A DNA stretch of 64,000 nt from Acidimicrobiales bacterium (GCA_038255145.1 JBBSLP010000020.1:3986-67985); one strand, 5' to 3'; shown: positions 18,307 through 27,471, numbered from the stretch's first letter. Numbers and translations are program-made. Notes: generated from the sequence alone by a model not told the origin.

Positions 18307-19254
18307 GTGACCAACTCGACCGTGAGGCCGACCGACCAGGACGGTCAGACCGACGGCCAGGATGTCGGAGGGCGCCGGCTCCGGGCGGCTCCTCGCCTGG
18401 TCAGCGTGATCATGCCCGTGCGCAACACCGGGCCCATGGTGGCGGGGCAGTTGGCGGCCGTGGCCGCCCAGGACCACGCCGGCGAGTGGGAGCTGCTGGT
18501 GGTCGACAACGGCTGCCAGGACGCCACCCTCGACATCGTGGCCGCCTGGGCCGACCGCCTGCCCGTGGTGGTGGTCGACGCACGGGACCGGCCCGGCATC
18601 AACGTGGCCCGCAACCGGGGCGCGGCCCGGGCCCGAGGCGACCTGCTGCTCTTCTGCGACGGCGACGACGAGGTCGGTCCCGGTTGGATCTCGGCCATGG
18701 CCCGCGAGGCCACCCGTTGGGACCTGATCGGCGGCCGGCTGGACGAGCTCACGCTCAACCCCCCGCCGCGGCCCTCGCCCCGGCCCCGCCTACCCGAGGA
18801 CCGGCTGCCCCTGGCCCTGGGGTTCCTGCCCTTCGCCCCCGGCGCCAACCTGGGCGTGTGGGCCGACGTGCTCGCCGAGCTGGGTGGCTTCGACGAACGG
18901 TTCATCCTCGGCAACGACGACGTGGAGCTGGCCTTCCGGGCCCAGGTCCAGGGCTTCGAGATCGGCTTCGCCGCCGACGCCGTCGTCGCCTACCGCCACC
19001 GCGTCGAACCGGTGGCCGTGTTCCGCCAGTTCCGCAACTACGGCCGCGGCGAGCCCCTCCTCTACGCCGACTTCCGCTCCGCAGGCATGACCCGGGCCCC
19101 CTGGCCCCAGGTGATCCGCCGCTACGGCCGCCTCGTCCTCCACGCCCCCCGAGCCGCCCGCTCCCCCCGCCACCGCGGCCGCTACGCCATCACCGCCGGC
19201 TTCACCCTCGGCCGCCTGGAAGGCAGCCTCCGCCGCCGCGTCCTCTACCTGTAA
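18307..19254 (+). CDS. glycosyltransferase family 2
   Basis: This is the C-terminal part of ORF 17227..19254: LVSVIMPVRNTGPMVAGQLAAVAAQ...ELLVVDNGCQDATLDIV...LLFCDGDDEV. I start it at GTG 18307, which is preceded by ggagaggga. Confidence 0.8.
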   Translation: MTNSTVRPTDQDGQTDGQDVGGRRLRAAPRLVSVIMPVRNTGPMVAGQLAAVAAQDHAGEWELLVVDNGCQDATLDIVAAWADRLPVVVVDARDRPGINVARNRGAARARGDLLLFCDGDDEVGPGWISAMAREATRWDLIGGRLDELTLNPPPRPSPRPRLPEDRLPLALGFLPFAPGANLGVWADVLAELGGFDERFILGNDDVELAFRAQVQGFEIGFAADAVVAYRHRVEPVAVFRQFRNYGRGEPLLYADFRSAGMTRAPWPQVIRRYGRLVLHAPRAARSPRHRGRYAITAGFTLGRLEGSLRRRVLYL

Positions 19255-19255
19255 A

Positions 19256-19499
19256 CCCGGGGGGCTCCGCCCCCAGGCACCCCCACACCCGGAGGCTCCG
19301 CCCCCGGGCAGGGCAGGGACATGCCCCGCCCCGGCCCGACGGCGGTGAGCGCAGCGAACCCCGCCGGGCCCGGACCGACGGCGAGCGCAGCGAGCCCTGT
19401 CGGGACGCACAGCAGTCAGCGCGCCGCAGGCGCACACCGCCCTCCCAGGGGCGGAGCCCCCGGGGGTTTCCCCCGGGGCGGAGCCCCGGGGGAAACCCC
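19256..19499. repeat. composite inverted/direct repeat element between GT2 and sufC
   Basis: On the left, GGGGCTCCGCCCC occurs twice (19256-19277, 19288-19308). On the right, its complement GGGGCGGAGCCCC occurs twice (19444-19466, 19470-19492). Between them is the direct repeat cgacggcg(gt)gagcgcagcgaRccc...cggg x2 (about 19336-19408). A perfect 16-bp hairpin lies at 19463-19499. Confidence 0.85.
19463..19499 (+). terminator. perfect 16-bp stem-loop (possible terminator of the GT2 transcript or a regulatory hairpin)
   Basis: The structure is ggggtttcccccgggg-cggag-ccccgggggaaacccc, followed by tatttcc. It ends 40 nt upstream of the sufC ATG. Confidence 0.35.
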
Positions 19500-19538
19500 T
19501 ATTTCCACTACGGGTATAGGGCAAATACACTGGAGGCC

Positions 19539-20288
19539 ATGGTCAGCCCCCTGTTCGAGGTCGACGATCTCCACGTGGCCACCGCCGTGGGCGGGGTCCC
19601 CATCCTGCGGGGGGTCACCCTCACCGTGGGCGTCGGCGAGGTTCACGCCCTGATGGGACCGAACGGTTCGGGCAAGTCCACCCTGGCCCACGTGCTCCTG
19701 GGCAGCCCCGACTACGTGATCACCGGCGGCTCGGTGCGCCTGCTGGGCGACGACATCACCGACTGGGACCCCGACGTGCGGGCCAAGGCCGGGCTGTTCC
19801 TGGCCTTCCAGTACCCCCAGTCCATCCCCGGGGTTTCGGTCACCAACTTCCTGCGCCAGGCCATGTCGGCCCGGCGGGGCATCGACCTGTCCGTGCTCGA
19901 GGTGCGCCTGGCCCTCATGGAGTGGATGGGTCGCCTGGAGATGGACCCCGCCTTCGCCGACCGCCACCTCAACGAGGGGTTCTCGGGCGGCGAGAAGAAG
20001 CGGAACGAAATCCTGCAGATGGCTGTTCTCCAGCCCGAGATGGCCATCCTCGACGAGACCGACTCCGGCCTGGACATCGACGCCCTGCGCGTCGTCGCCC
20101 GGGGGGTGCAGGAGGTGCGGCGTGACCGCACCGAACTGGGCGTGCTCGTGATCACCCACTACCACCGGCTGCTCGACCACCTGGCGCCCGACGTGGTGCA
20201 CCTGATGTTCGAGGGTCGCATCGCCGAATCGGGGGGACCCGAGCTGGCGGTGCGGATCGAGGAAGAAGGCTACGACGCATGGCGCTGA
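19539..20288 (+). CDS. sufC: Fe-S cluster assembly ATPase SufC (paralogue 2)
   Basis: Starting from ATG 19539: MVSPLFEVDDLHV...MGPNGSGKSTLAHVL...GLFLAFQYP...FSGGEKKRNEILQMAVLQPEMAILDETDSGLDIDAL. Confidence 0.9.
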   Translation: MVSPLFEVDDLHVATAVGGVPILRGVTLTVGVGEVHALMGPNGSGKSTLAHVLLGSPDYVITGGSVRLLGDDITDWDPDVRAKAGLFLAFQYPQSIPGVSVTNFLRQAMSARRGIDLSVLEVRLALMEWMGRLEMDPAFADRHLNEGFSGGEKKRNEILQMAVLQPEMAILDETDSGLDIDALRVVARGVQEVRRDRTELGVLVITHYHRLLDHLAPDVVHLMFEGRIAESGGPELAVRIEEEGYDAWR

Positions 20289-21532
20289 CCCTGCCCACGC
20301 TCGACACGGCCACCATCCGAGCCGACTTCCCCCTGCTCGGTGGGCTGGAGAACGACCGCCCCATCGTCTACCTCGACTCCGCGGCGACCTCGCAGAAGCC
20401 CCGGGTCGTGCTCGACGCCATGACCGCGTACTACGAGACGGTCAACGCCAACGTCCACCGTGGCGCCTACCGGCTGGCCGAAGAGGCCACCGATGCCATG
20501 GAGCAGGCCCGGACCAAGGTCCGCCGCTTCGTGGGCGCCCGCCACGACCGCGAGCTGATCTTCACCCGCAACGCCACGGAGGCCGTGAACCTGGTGGCGC
20601 ACAGCTACGGCCGCCACTTCCTCGAACCCGGCGATGTGGTCCTGCTCAGCCTGCTCGAGCACCACGCCAACATCGTTCCCTGGCACCAGCTGGCCGCCGA
20701 GCGGGGGGTGCAGGTGCGCTGGATCCCCCTCACCGCCGACGGTGAGCTCGACCTGACCGACCTCGACCGCCTGCTCGACGGGGTCAAGCTGCTGAGCGTG
20801 TCGGCCCAGTCCAACGTGTTGGGGACCCTGCCCCCGGTGCGGGAGCTGGTCGACGCCGCCCACGGGGTGGGGGCCAGGGCCATGATCGACGCCTGCCAGT
20901 TCGTGCCCCACCACAGCACCGACGTGCGGGCGTGGGACGCCGATTTCGTCACCTTCTCGGCCCACAAGATGTGCGGCCCCACCGGCATCGGCGCCCTCTG
21001 GGCCCGCGAGGAGCTGCTCGAGGCCATGCCCCCCTTCCTGGGTGGGGGCAGCATGATCCTCGACGTGACCACCGAGGGCTTCCTGCCCACCGAGCTGCCC
21101 CACAAGTTCGAGGCCGGCACCCCCGCCATCGCCGAGACCGTGGGCTTCGGCGCCGCCGTGGACTACCTGCAGGGCATCGGCATGGACAACGTGGCCGCCC
21201 ACGAGCGCACGCTCACCGCCTACGCCCTGGCCGCGCTGCGCGATCGCTACGGCGACCGCATCACCATCTACGGGCCCCCCTCGGCCGAGCGCCGCGGCGG
21301 GATGGCCAGCTTCAGCTTCGGCGACGCCCACCCCCACGACGTGTCCCAGGTGCTCGACGAGGCCGGCGTCTGCGTTCGGGCCGGCCACCACTGCGCCAAG
21401 CCCCTGGTGCGGGCGCTGGGCGCTCCGGGGGGTGCGGTGACACGGGCGTCCTGGTACCTGTACAACGATGAGTCCGACATCGACGCCCTCGTCGACGCCC
21501 TCGCCGGCGTGGACGAGCTGTTCGGCCTGTGA
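20279..21532 (+). CDS. sufS: cysteine desulfurase SufS
   Basis: The ORF is 417 aa: VYLDSAATSQKP, HRGAYRLAEEAT, FSAHKMCGPTGIGALW (PLP lysine), RAGHHCAKPL (active-site Cys loop). It overlaps the sufC stop. Confidence 0.9.
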   Translation: MALTLPTLDTATIRADFPLLGGLENDRPIVYLDSAATSQKPRVVLDAMTAYYETVNANVHRGAYRLAEEATDAMEQARTKVRRFVGARHDRELIFTRNATEAVNLVAHSYGRHFLEPGDVVLLSLLEHHANIVPWHQLAAERGVQVRWIPLTADGELDLTDLDRLLDGVKLLSVSAQSNVLGTLPPVRELVDAAHGVGARAMIDACQFVPHHSTDVRAWDADFVTFSAHKMCGPTGIGALWAREELLEAMPPFLGGGSMILDVTTEGFLPTELPHKFEAGTPAIAETVGFGAAVDYLQGIGMDNVAAHERTLTAYALAALRDRYGDRITIYGPPSAERRGGMASFSFGDAHPHDVSQVLDEAGVCVRAGHHCAKPLVRALGAPGGAVTRASWYLYNDESDIDALVDALAGVDELFGL

Positions 21533-21574
21533 TGGCCGTCCGTCCCCCGACCGCGGCTGAGCTGCGAGGTACCC

Positions 21575-22078
21575 ATGGCCGGTCTTGAAGACCTCTACCG
21601 CGAGATCATCCTCGATCACTACAAGAGCCCCCGCAACCGGGGCGAGCTCGAGCCTCCCGCCCGTCAGACCAAGGGCTTCAACCCCCTGTGCGGCGACGAG
21701 GTCGTGGTCAGCGTGCTCGTCGACGGCGACAAGGTCGTCGACGTGCGCACGACGGGACAGGGCTGCTCCATCAGCCAATCCTCGGCGTCGATGATGAGCG
21801 TGGCCGTCAAGGGCCTGACCGTGGAGGAGATCACCAGCCTGACCGGGGCGTTCAAGTCCCAGCTCGGCATCCGCGACGATCATGACGACGACCACGATCA
21901 CGACGAGGACGACACCGCTGCGGTCGAGGCCGAGGTGGCCGAGGCCGGTTCGTTCGCCCTGGGCGAGCTCGAGGCCCTCAAGGGGGTCATGAAGTTCCCC
22001 TCCCGCATCAAGTGCGCCACCCTGGCGTGGAACACCCTGGTCCAGGCCCTCGACGCCCCCGACGGCGAACGGGCCTGA
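21575..22078 (+). CDS. sufU: SUF system NifU-family scaffold/sulfur-transfer protein SufU
   Basis: The ORF is 167 aa: LYREIILDHYKSPRNRG, NPLCGDEV, GQGCSISQSSASMM, FPSRIKCATLAW. It carries an Asp/His-rich insertion. Confidence 0.9.
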   Translation: MAGLEDLYREIILDHYKSPRNRGELEPPARQTKGFNPLCGDEVVVSVLVDGDKVVDVRTTGQGCSISQSSASMMSVAVKGLTVEEITSLTGAFKSQLGIRDDHDDDHDHDEDDTAAVEAEVAEAGSFALGELEALKGVMKFPSRIKCATLAWNTLVQALDAPDGERA

Positions 22079-22081
22079 CCG

Positions 22082-22606
22082 CTAGCTCACGCCGCCTTCG
22101 AGCCAGCGGCGCTCGCAGCGGCCCAGCCACACCAGGTCGGCTTCCAGGCGCAGGATGGCCCCCTCCAGCAGGAGGGCCGAGGCCTCGTCGCCGGCCACCT
22201 CGTCGGCCAGCTCCCTGACCTCGCGCAGCTCGCGGGCCACCTCCTCGCGCTGGGCCCCGATGAGGGCCAGGGGCGGGGCCAGGCCCGAGCGTGACGCCAC
22301 CAGCAGCTTGAGGTGGAAGGCGGTGGGGGCCGAGCTGGGCCAGGACAGGTCCTCCAGCCACCGGGCCACCTCGAGGTGGCCGTCAGCGGTCAGCGAGAAG
22401 ATCCGCTTGTCGGGCCGGTCGGCCAGCTCGCGGCCGTCGTCGGTGGTGGTGACCAGGCCGGCGCGCTCCAGGCGGCCCAGGGTCTCGTAGACCTGGCCCA
22501 CGTCGAGCTCGCCGGCCAACGGGCCCAGGGTGGCCCGCCAGCGTTGGCGCAGCTCGAGTCCAGCCACGGCGTCGTTGGCCAACAGGGCCAACATTAGATC
22601 CCGCAC
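22082..22606 (-). CDS. PadR family transcriptional regulator
   Basis: VRDLMLALLANDAVAGLELRQRWRATLGPLAGELDVGQVYETLGRLERAGLV...KRIFSLTADG. GTG 22606 is preceded by GGAGG at a 7-nt spacing. Confidence 0.75.
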   Translation of the reverse strand: MRDLMLALLANDAVAGLELRQRWRATLGPLAGELDVGQVYETLGRLERAGLVTTTDDGRELADRPDKRIFSLTADGHLEVARWLEDLSWPSSAPTAFHLKLLVASRSGLAPPLALIGAQREEVARELREVRELADEVAGDEASALLLEGAILRLEADLVWLGRCERRWLEGGVS

Positions 22607-22619
22607 GCAGCGCCCTCCG

Positions 22620-22922
22620 TCAGGTGAGCAGGGCGTCGACCCGACGGGCCAGCTCGACGTCGAAGGTGCTGAGCCCGCCCAGGTCATGGGTGCTCAAGGC
22701 GATGCGCACGGTGGCCCAGCTGTTGGACCAGTCGGGGTGGTGGTCGAGCTTCTCCGCGGCCAGGGCCACCCGGCTCATGAAGGCCCACGCCTCGCTGAAG
22801 CCACCGAAGCTGATCTCGCGGTACAGGGCGCCGTCGCGGACCTCCCACGCCGGCAGGGTGTCGGTGACCCCGGCCAGCTCGTCGGAGGTCAGGGCTCGAC
22901 GTTCAGGAGCATGTTGCGCCAT
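22620..22922 (-). CDS. 4a-hydroxytetrahydrobiopterin (pterin-4-alpha-carbinolamine) dehydratase
   Basis: The ORF is 100 aa: ...FSEAWAFMSRVALAAEKLDHHPDWSNSWATVRIALSTHD, the PCD signature. Confidence 0.85.
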   Translation of the reverse strand: MAQHAPERRALTSDELAGVTDTLPAWEVRDGALYREISFGGFSEAWAFMSRVALAAEKLDHHPDWSNSWATVRIALSTHDLGGLSTFDVELARRVDALLT

Positions 22923-22940
22923 GGCCGGCAGGCTAGGTCG

Positions 22941-23672
22941 TCAGACCTCGGCGAAGGCGGCGTAGCCGTCGGCCTCGACGACCTTGGCCAACTCGGGGCC
23001 GCCCTGGGCCACGATGTGGCCCTTGACGAACACGTGGACCTGGTCGGCGTGCAGCTCGTCGAGCAGGCGGTTGTAGTGGGTGATGGCCAGCACGCCGAGG
23101 CCGAACTCGGTGGTGGCGGCCTCGACCCGGCGGGCCACGGCCCGCAGGGCGTCGATGTCGAGGCCGGAGTCGATCTCGTCGAGCACGGCGATCTTCGGCC
23201 GGAGCACGGCCAGCTGCACGGTCTCGTTGCGCTTCTTCTCGCCGCCGGACAGGTCGACGTTGACCGAGCGCTCCAGCAACTTGGGGTCGAGGCCGATGCG
23301 GTTGGCCTCGACCCGGATGCGCTCGGGCACGTCGGACAGGTTCCCGCCCGCCGCCCGCACCGATTCTGCCAGGAGCTCGTCGAGGCTGACCCCGGGGACC
23401 TCGGTGGGGTACTGCAGGGCCAGGAACAAGCCGGCCTGGGCCCGCTGCCAGGGCTCGAGGCCCAACAGGTCGACCCCGTCGAGCAGCACCCGGCCCCCGG
23501 TGACCTCATAGCCGGGGCGTCCGGCGATGACGTGGGACAGGGTGGACTTGCCCGAGCCGTTGGGGCCCATGACGGCGTGGACCTCGCCGCTGCGCACGGT
23601 CAGGGACACGCCGCGCAGGATCTCACGGCCCCCCGCCTTGGCCCGCAGGTCGTCGATCTCGAGGACGCTCAT
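22941..23672 (-). CDS. sufC: Fe-S cluster assembly ATPase SufC (paralogue 1)
   Basis: Starting from ATG 23672 (GGAGG upstream): MSVLEIDDLRA...MGPNGSGKSTLSHVI...GLFLALQYP...LSGGEKKRNETVQLAVLRPKIAVLDEIDSGLDIDAL. Confidence 0.9.
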   Translation of the reverse strand: MSVLEIDDLRAKAGGREILRGVSLTVRSGEVHAVMGPNGSGKSTLSHVIAGRPGYEVTGGRVLLDGVDLLGLEPWQRAQAGLFLALQYPTEVPGVSLDELLAESVRAAGGNLSDVPERIRVEANRIGLDPKLLERSVNVDLSGGEKKRNETVQLAVLRPKIAVLDEIDSGLDIDALRAVARRVEAATTEFGLGVLAITHYNRLLDELHADQVHVFVKGHIVAQGGPELAKVVEADGYAAFAEV

Positions 23673-23739
23673 GGCGTCGCCTCCGTTGGCTGGTCGGTGG
23701 GGTGGGGCCGGGAGCACGGCGGAAGGTGCCGCGTCGCGC

Positions 23740-24093
23740 TCACGTCAGCCGCACGAGGACGTCGGACCCGTCGAGGACGACCTCGTAGACGGGAACGGGA
23801 CGGGTGGCGGGCAGGCTCTGGGGCTCGCCGTCGAGCAGGGAGAAGGTGCTGCCGTGCTTCCAGCACTCGATCTCACGATCGGCGATGAGCACCTCGCCCT
23901 CGGACAGGGACACGTCGGCGTGGGAGCAGGTGTCGCCGATGGCGTAGACGTCGTCCCCGATGCGGACCACGGCCACCTTGCGGCCGGCCACGTCGAAGCG
24001 TCTGGCCTGGCCCGAGGCGATGTCGTCGATCGAGCACACCCGCACGGCGGCACCGCTCGAGGTCAGGTCGGGGGTGGGCGCGTCGCCGGTCAC
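23740..24093 (-). CDS. Rieske [2Fe-2S] ferredoxin-like protein of the suf operon
   Basis: The GTG 24093 start overlaps the sufD stop (GTGA). ...DDVYAIGDTCSHADVSLSEGEV...IECWKHGSTFSL carries the CxH...CxxH Rieske ligands. The sufD-Rieske-sufC order is known from other Actinobacteria. Confidence 0.8.
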   Translation of the reverse strand: MTGDAPTPDLTSSGAAVRVCSIDDIASGQARRFDVAGRKVAVVRIGDDVYAIGDTCSHADVSLSEGEVLIADREIECWKHGSTFSLLDGEPQSLPATRPVPVYEVVLDGSDVLVRLT

Positions 24094-25361
24094 AGGAGGG
24101 GGGCGGCGCCCAGGTCGCCCAGCTTGGCCTTCACCTCGGCCCGCACCAGCGGGGCCAGGGCGGCCACGGGCAGGCGGTCGATGACCTCGTCGAAGAAGCC
24201 CTTGACGATCAGCCGGTCGGCCACCTTGGGGGGTACGCCCCGGCTCTCGAGGTAGAAGCGCTGCTCGGCGTCGATGGGCCCGACGGTCGAGGCGTGGGAG
24301 CACTTGACGTCGTTGTTCTCGATCTCGAGGTTGGGCACCGACTCGGCCCAGGCGTGCTCACCCAGCTTGATGTTGCGGTTGGTCTGGAAGGCGTTGGTGC
24401 CCCGGGCCTCGGGCCGAACCCGGATGAGGCCGGTGTAGACCGAATGTGAGCTGTCGTCGACCACGCCCTTGAACAGCAGGTCCGACGTGGTATCGGGGGC
24501 CTGGTGGTCCTGGAAGGTGCGGAAGTCGAGCATCTGGTCGCCGTTGCCGTAGTACAGCGACAGCAGGTCGCCGTGGGCGCCCCGACCGACCAGGCGGCAG
24601 TCGGCCCGCACCCGGGCGTACTCGCCGCCGAACGCCGCGGTGGACGACACCAGGGTGGCCTGGGTGTCCACCGTGGCCACCTGGGAGGCGATCTGCCACA
24701 CCCGGGGGCCCAGGCGCTGCACGTTGAGGTAGCCGAGGTGGGCGTCCCGCTCGGCCGCCAGTTCGACGACGGGGGCCACGAAGCCGGCCACATCGTCGGA
24801 GGCCACGATCTCGACCACGGTGAGCCGGGATCCCTGGCCGGCCCGCACGACGAGACGGGGGAAGATGGCGGCACCCTCGGTGGACAGCCAGTGCAGGATG
24901 ACCACGGGGGCGGTTGGTGTGCGTCCGGCCTTGACCTCGACGAGTACGGGGTCGGCCATGAAGGCGTCGTTGAGCTGGGCGAACAGGTCAACGGGCTCGC
25001 CCATGACCGAACCAAGGGCATCCTCGGGGGCGGGGCCGATGCTGATGTCGCCCCCCTCGGGGGCCTCGAGGGTGACCACCCGACCGTCGACGGTGACGAC
25101 GAGGCCGCTGCGCTCACCGATGGCCTCGAGCCACCCGGCGGCGGCCGCGGGCATGGCGGGCGCCTCGCCCTCGACGCTGGGCTGGAAGCGGTCGAGGTCG
25201 AGGGACTCGATGCGGGAGTAGCGCCAGATCTCCTCGTCGGCGTGGGGGAGGGGGCGCTCGGCGGCGGCCGCGGCGGCGACGTCGCGTCGCTTGCGGAGCC
25301 AGTCGGGCCCGCCGAGGGCGGCCGAGGCCAGCGGGGTCAGGGTTGCCACGATCGGGAGCAC
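24090..25361 (-). CDS. sufD: Fe-S cluster assembly protein SufD
   Basis: The ORF is 423 aa: EEIWRYSRIESLDLDRF and C-terminal VKCSHASTVGPIDAEQRFYLESRGVPPKVADRLIVKGFF. Confidence 0.9.
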   Translation of the reverse strand: MLPIVATLTPLASAALGGPDWLRKRRDVAAAAAAERPLPHADEEIWRYSRIESLDLDRFQPSVEGEAPAMPAAAAGWLEAIGERSGLVVTVDGRVVTLEAPEGGDISIGPAPEDALGSVMGEPVDLFAQLNDAFMADPVLVEVKAGRTPTAPVVILHWLSTEGAAIFPRLVVRAGQGSRLTVVEIVASDDVAGFVAPVVELAAERDAHLGYLNVQRLGPRVWQIASQVATVDTQATLVSSTAAFGGEYARVRADCRLVGRGAHGDLLSLYYGNGDQMLDFRTFQDHQAPDTTSDLLFKGVVDDSSHSVYTGLIRVRPEARGTNAFQTNRNIKLGEHAWAESVPNLEIENNDVKCSHASTVGPIDAEQRFYLESRGVPPKVADRLIVKGFFDEVIDRLPVAALAPLVRAEVKAKLGDLGAAPLL

Positions 25362-25481
25362 CTCGGATCGGCCGGTGGCACGGGGGCACCTACCGGGGAA
25401 GACGTCGCCGGCAGCGTAGTGCGGGCCGGGCGGGGGGAGATCGACGATCGACGGACGATCGACCGAGGAGATCAGCGCAGG

Positions 25482-25829
25482 TCAGCGGCGGCCGAACAGG
25501 CGCTTCCAGAAGGAGGGGCGCTGGCTGTCGTCCTGGAACTCGGCCAGGACACGGGGGCCAGCGGCGTTGATGATGTCCTCGGCCTCGTCGAGCAGGCGGG
25601 CGACGCGCTCGTCAGGCTCGTCGAGCCCGTCGGGCTCGGGCGGGGTGGGCGGGGTGATGAGGGAGCCGTGGGCCCAGTTGACGTCGGCCAGGCGCCGTTC
25701 GTACTTCGGGCACTCCTTCGGGCAACGCCATGGGGCTTCGGGGGCGAGATCCAGGTCGCACTTCCGAACCGCATCGCCGTTGCCGTACGTGCGACTCTCG
25801 AAGTGCTTGCAGTCCTGACGCATGGGCAT
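25482..25829 (-). CDS. small four-cysteine hypothetical protein inserted between sufB and sufD
   Basis: The ORF is 115 aa: MPMRQDCKHFESRTYGNGDAVRKCDLDLAPEAPWRCPKECPKYERRL..., with cysteines at positions 7, 24, 36 and 40 and an acidic, Pro-rich C-terminal half. Codon usage is coding-like. Confidence 0.6.
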   Translation of the reverse strand: MPMRQDCKHFESRTYGNGDAVRKCDLDLAPEAPWRCPKECPKYERRLADVNWAHGSLITPPTPPEPDGLDEPDERVARLLDEAEDIINAAGPRVLAEFQDDSQRPSFWKRLFGRR

Positions 25830-25934
25830 CGGACCAGTATCACGTCTGCGCCCCGCCTGCCCGTAGCGACCCTGTGTCGACCTCGCCGTCGGGCACCGTC
25901 GGGCCGACCGGGCGAACCCGGTCGGCCGGCGCGA

Positions 25935-27338
25935 TCAGCCGACGCTGCCTTCCATCTGCAGCTCGATGAGGCGGCTCCACTCCACGGCGTACTCCATGGG
26001 CAGGGTGCGTGTCACCGGCTCGATGAAGCCGTTGACGATCAGACCCATGGCCTGCTCGGCCGAGAGGCCACGGCTCTGCAGGTAGAAGAGCTGCTCATCG
26101 GCCACCTTGGAGATGGTGGCCTCGTGGCCCACGACGGCGTCGCGGGGGCCGATCTCCATGTAGGGGTAGGTGTCGGAGATGGACTGCTCGTCGAGGATGA
26201 GGGCGTCGCACTGCACGTGGCTCTTGCAGCCGTAGGCGCCGTCCTCGATGCGCACGAGGCCGCGGTACGACGTGCGGCCGCCGTCCTTGGAGATGGACTT
26301 CGACACGATCTTCGAGGTCGTCTCGGGGGCGGCATGGGTCATCTTGGCCCCGGCGTCCTGGTGCTGGCCGGCACCGGCGTAGGCCACCGAGAGCACCTCG
26401 CCCGAAGCCTTGGGTCCCACCATGACCACGGCCGGGTACTTCATGGTCAACCGGGAACCGATGTTGCCGTCGATCCACTCCATGTGGCCCTCGGCTTCGA
26501 CCCGGGCCCGCTTGGTGACCAGGTTGAAGACGTTGTTGGACCAGTTCTGGATGGTGGTGTAGGTCACCCGGGCGCTGGGCTTGACCACGATCTCGACCAC
26601 GGCCGAGTGCAGGGAGTCGCTGGTGTACACGGGGGCCGAGCAGCCCTCGATGTAGTGCACCTTGGAGCCTTCGTCGGCGATGATCAGCGTCCGCTCGAAC
26701 TGGCCCATGTTCTCGGCGTTGATGCGGAAGTAGGCCTGCAGGGGCATCTCGACCTCGACGCCCGGGGGGACGTAGATGAACGAGCCACCCGACCAGACGG
26801 CCGAGTTGAGGGCGGAGAACTTGTTGTCGTTGGCGGGGATGATCTTCCCGAAGTACTTCTTGACCAGCTCGGGGTGCTCACGCACCGCCGTGTCCATGTC
26901 GGTGAAGATGACGCCCTGCTCTTCGAGCTCGACCCGGTTGCGGTGGTACACCACCTCGGACTCGTACTGGGCGGTGACGCCAGCCAGGTACTTGCGCTCG
27001 GCTTCGGGGATGCCCAGCTTCTCGTAGGTGTTCTTCACCGACTCCGGGAGCTCGTCCCAGGCGTCGACCTGCTTCTCGGTCGGCTTGATGTAATAGAAGA
27101 TGTCGTCGAAGAAGATCTCGGACATGTCCCCGCCCCAGTTGGGCATGGGACGCAGCTGGAAGTAGCGCAGCGCCCGCAGGCGGTAGTCACGGACCCAGTC
27201 CGGCTCGCCCTTCATCCACGACATCTCGTTCACGAGGGCCTCGTCGAGGCCGCGTCGCGGCTTGAAGACGTAGTTCTGTTCGTCGCTCCAGCCGAGCTTG
27301 TAGCGGCTGAGGTCAACGGCGAGCTGTGTGTCGGTCAT
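25935..27338 (-). CDS. sufB: Fe-S cluster assembly protein SufB
   Basis: The ORF is 467 aa: [26 protein letters not shown]...[17 protein letters not shown]...[13 protein letters not shown]. There is no intein-sized insertion. Confidence 0.95.
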   Translation of the reverse strand: MTDTQLAVDLSRYKLGWSDEQNYVFKPRRGLDEALVNEMSWMKGEPDWVRDYRLRALRYFQLRPMPNWGGDMSEIFFDDIFYYIKPTEKQVDAWDELPESVKNTYEKLGIPEAERKYLAGVTAQYESEVVYHRNRVELEEQGVIFTDMDTAVREHPELVKKYFGKIIPANDNKFSALNSAVWSGGSFIYVPPGVEVEMPLQAYFRINAENMGQFERTLIIADEGSKVHYIEGCSAPVYTSDSLHSAVVEIVVKPSARVTYTTIQNWSNNVFNLVTKRARVEAEGHMEWIDGNIGSRLTMKYPAVVMVGPKASGEVLSVAYAGAGQHQDAGAKMTHAAPETTSKIVSKSISKDGGRTSYRGLVRIEDGAYGCKSHVQCDALILDEQSISDTYPYMEIGPRDAVVGHEATISKVADEQLFYLQSRGLSAEQAMGLIVNGFIEPVTRTLPMEYAVEWSRLIELQMEGSVG

Positions 27339-27442
27339 GCTGGTTCACGCTCCAGGTGGGGGACCGGGGCGGTACGGTCGCTGGCAAGGATCCTCGGGAC
27401 GAGGCCGCCTGGCGGGACACGCCCGCCGGCCCGTCCGTCGAG

Positions 27443-27471
27443 CAATTTCTCCTACGGCCATAGTAACAATG
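27443..27471. promoter_or_regulatory. AT-richer imperfect inverted repeat upstream of sufB (candidate operator/promoter)
   Basis: caatttctcctacgg|ccatagtaacaatg is an imperfect palindrome about 105-135 nt upstream of the sufB ATG. It sits in the divergent region shared with the DUF2752 gene. Confidence 0.3.
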
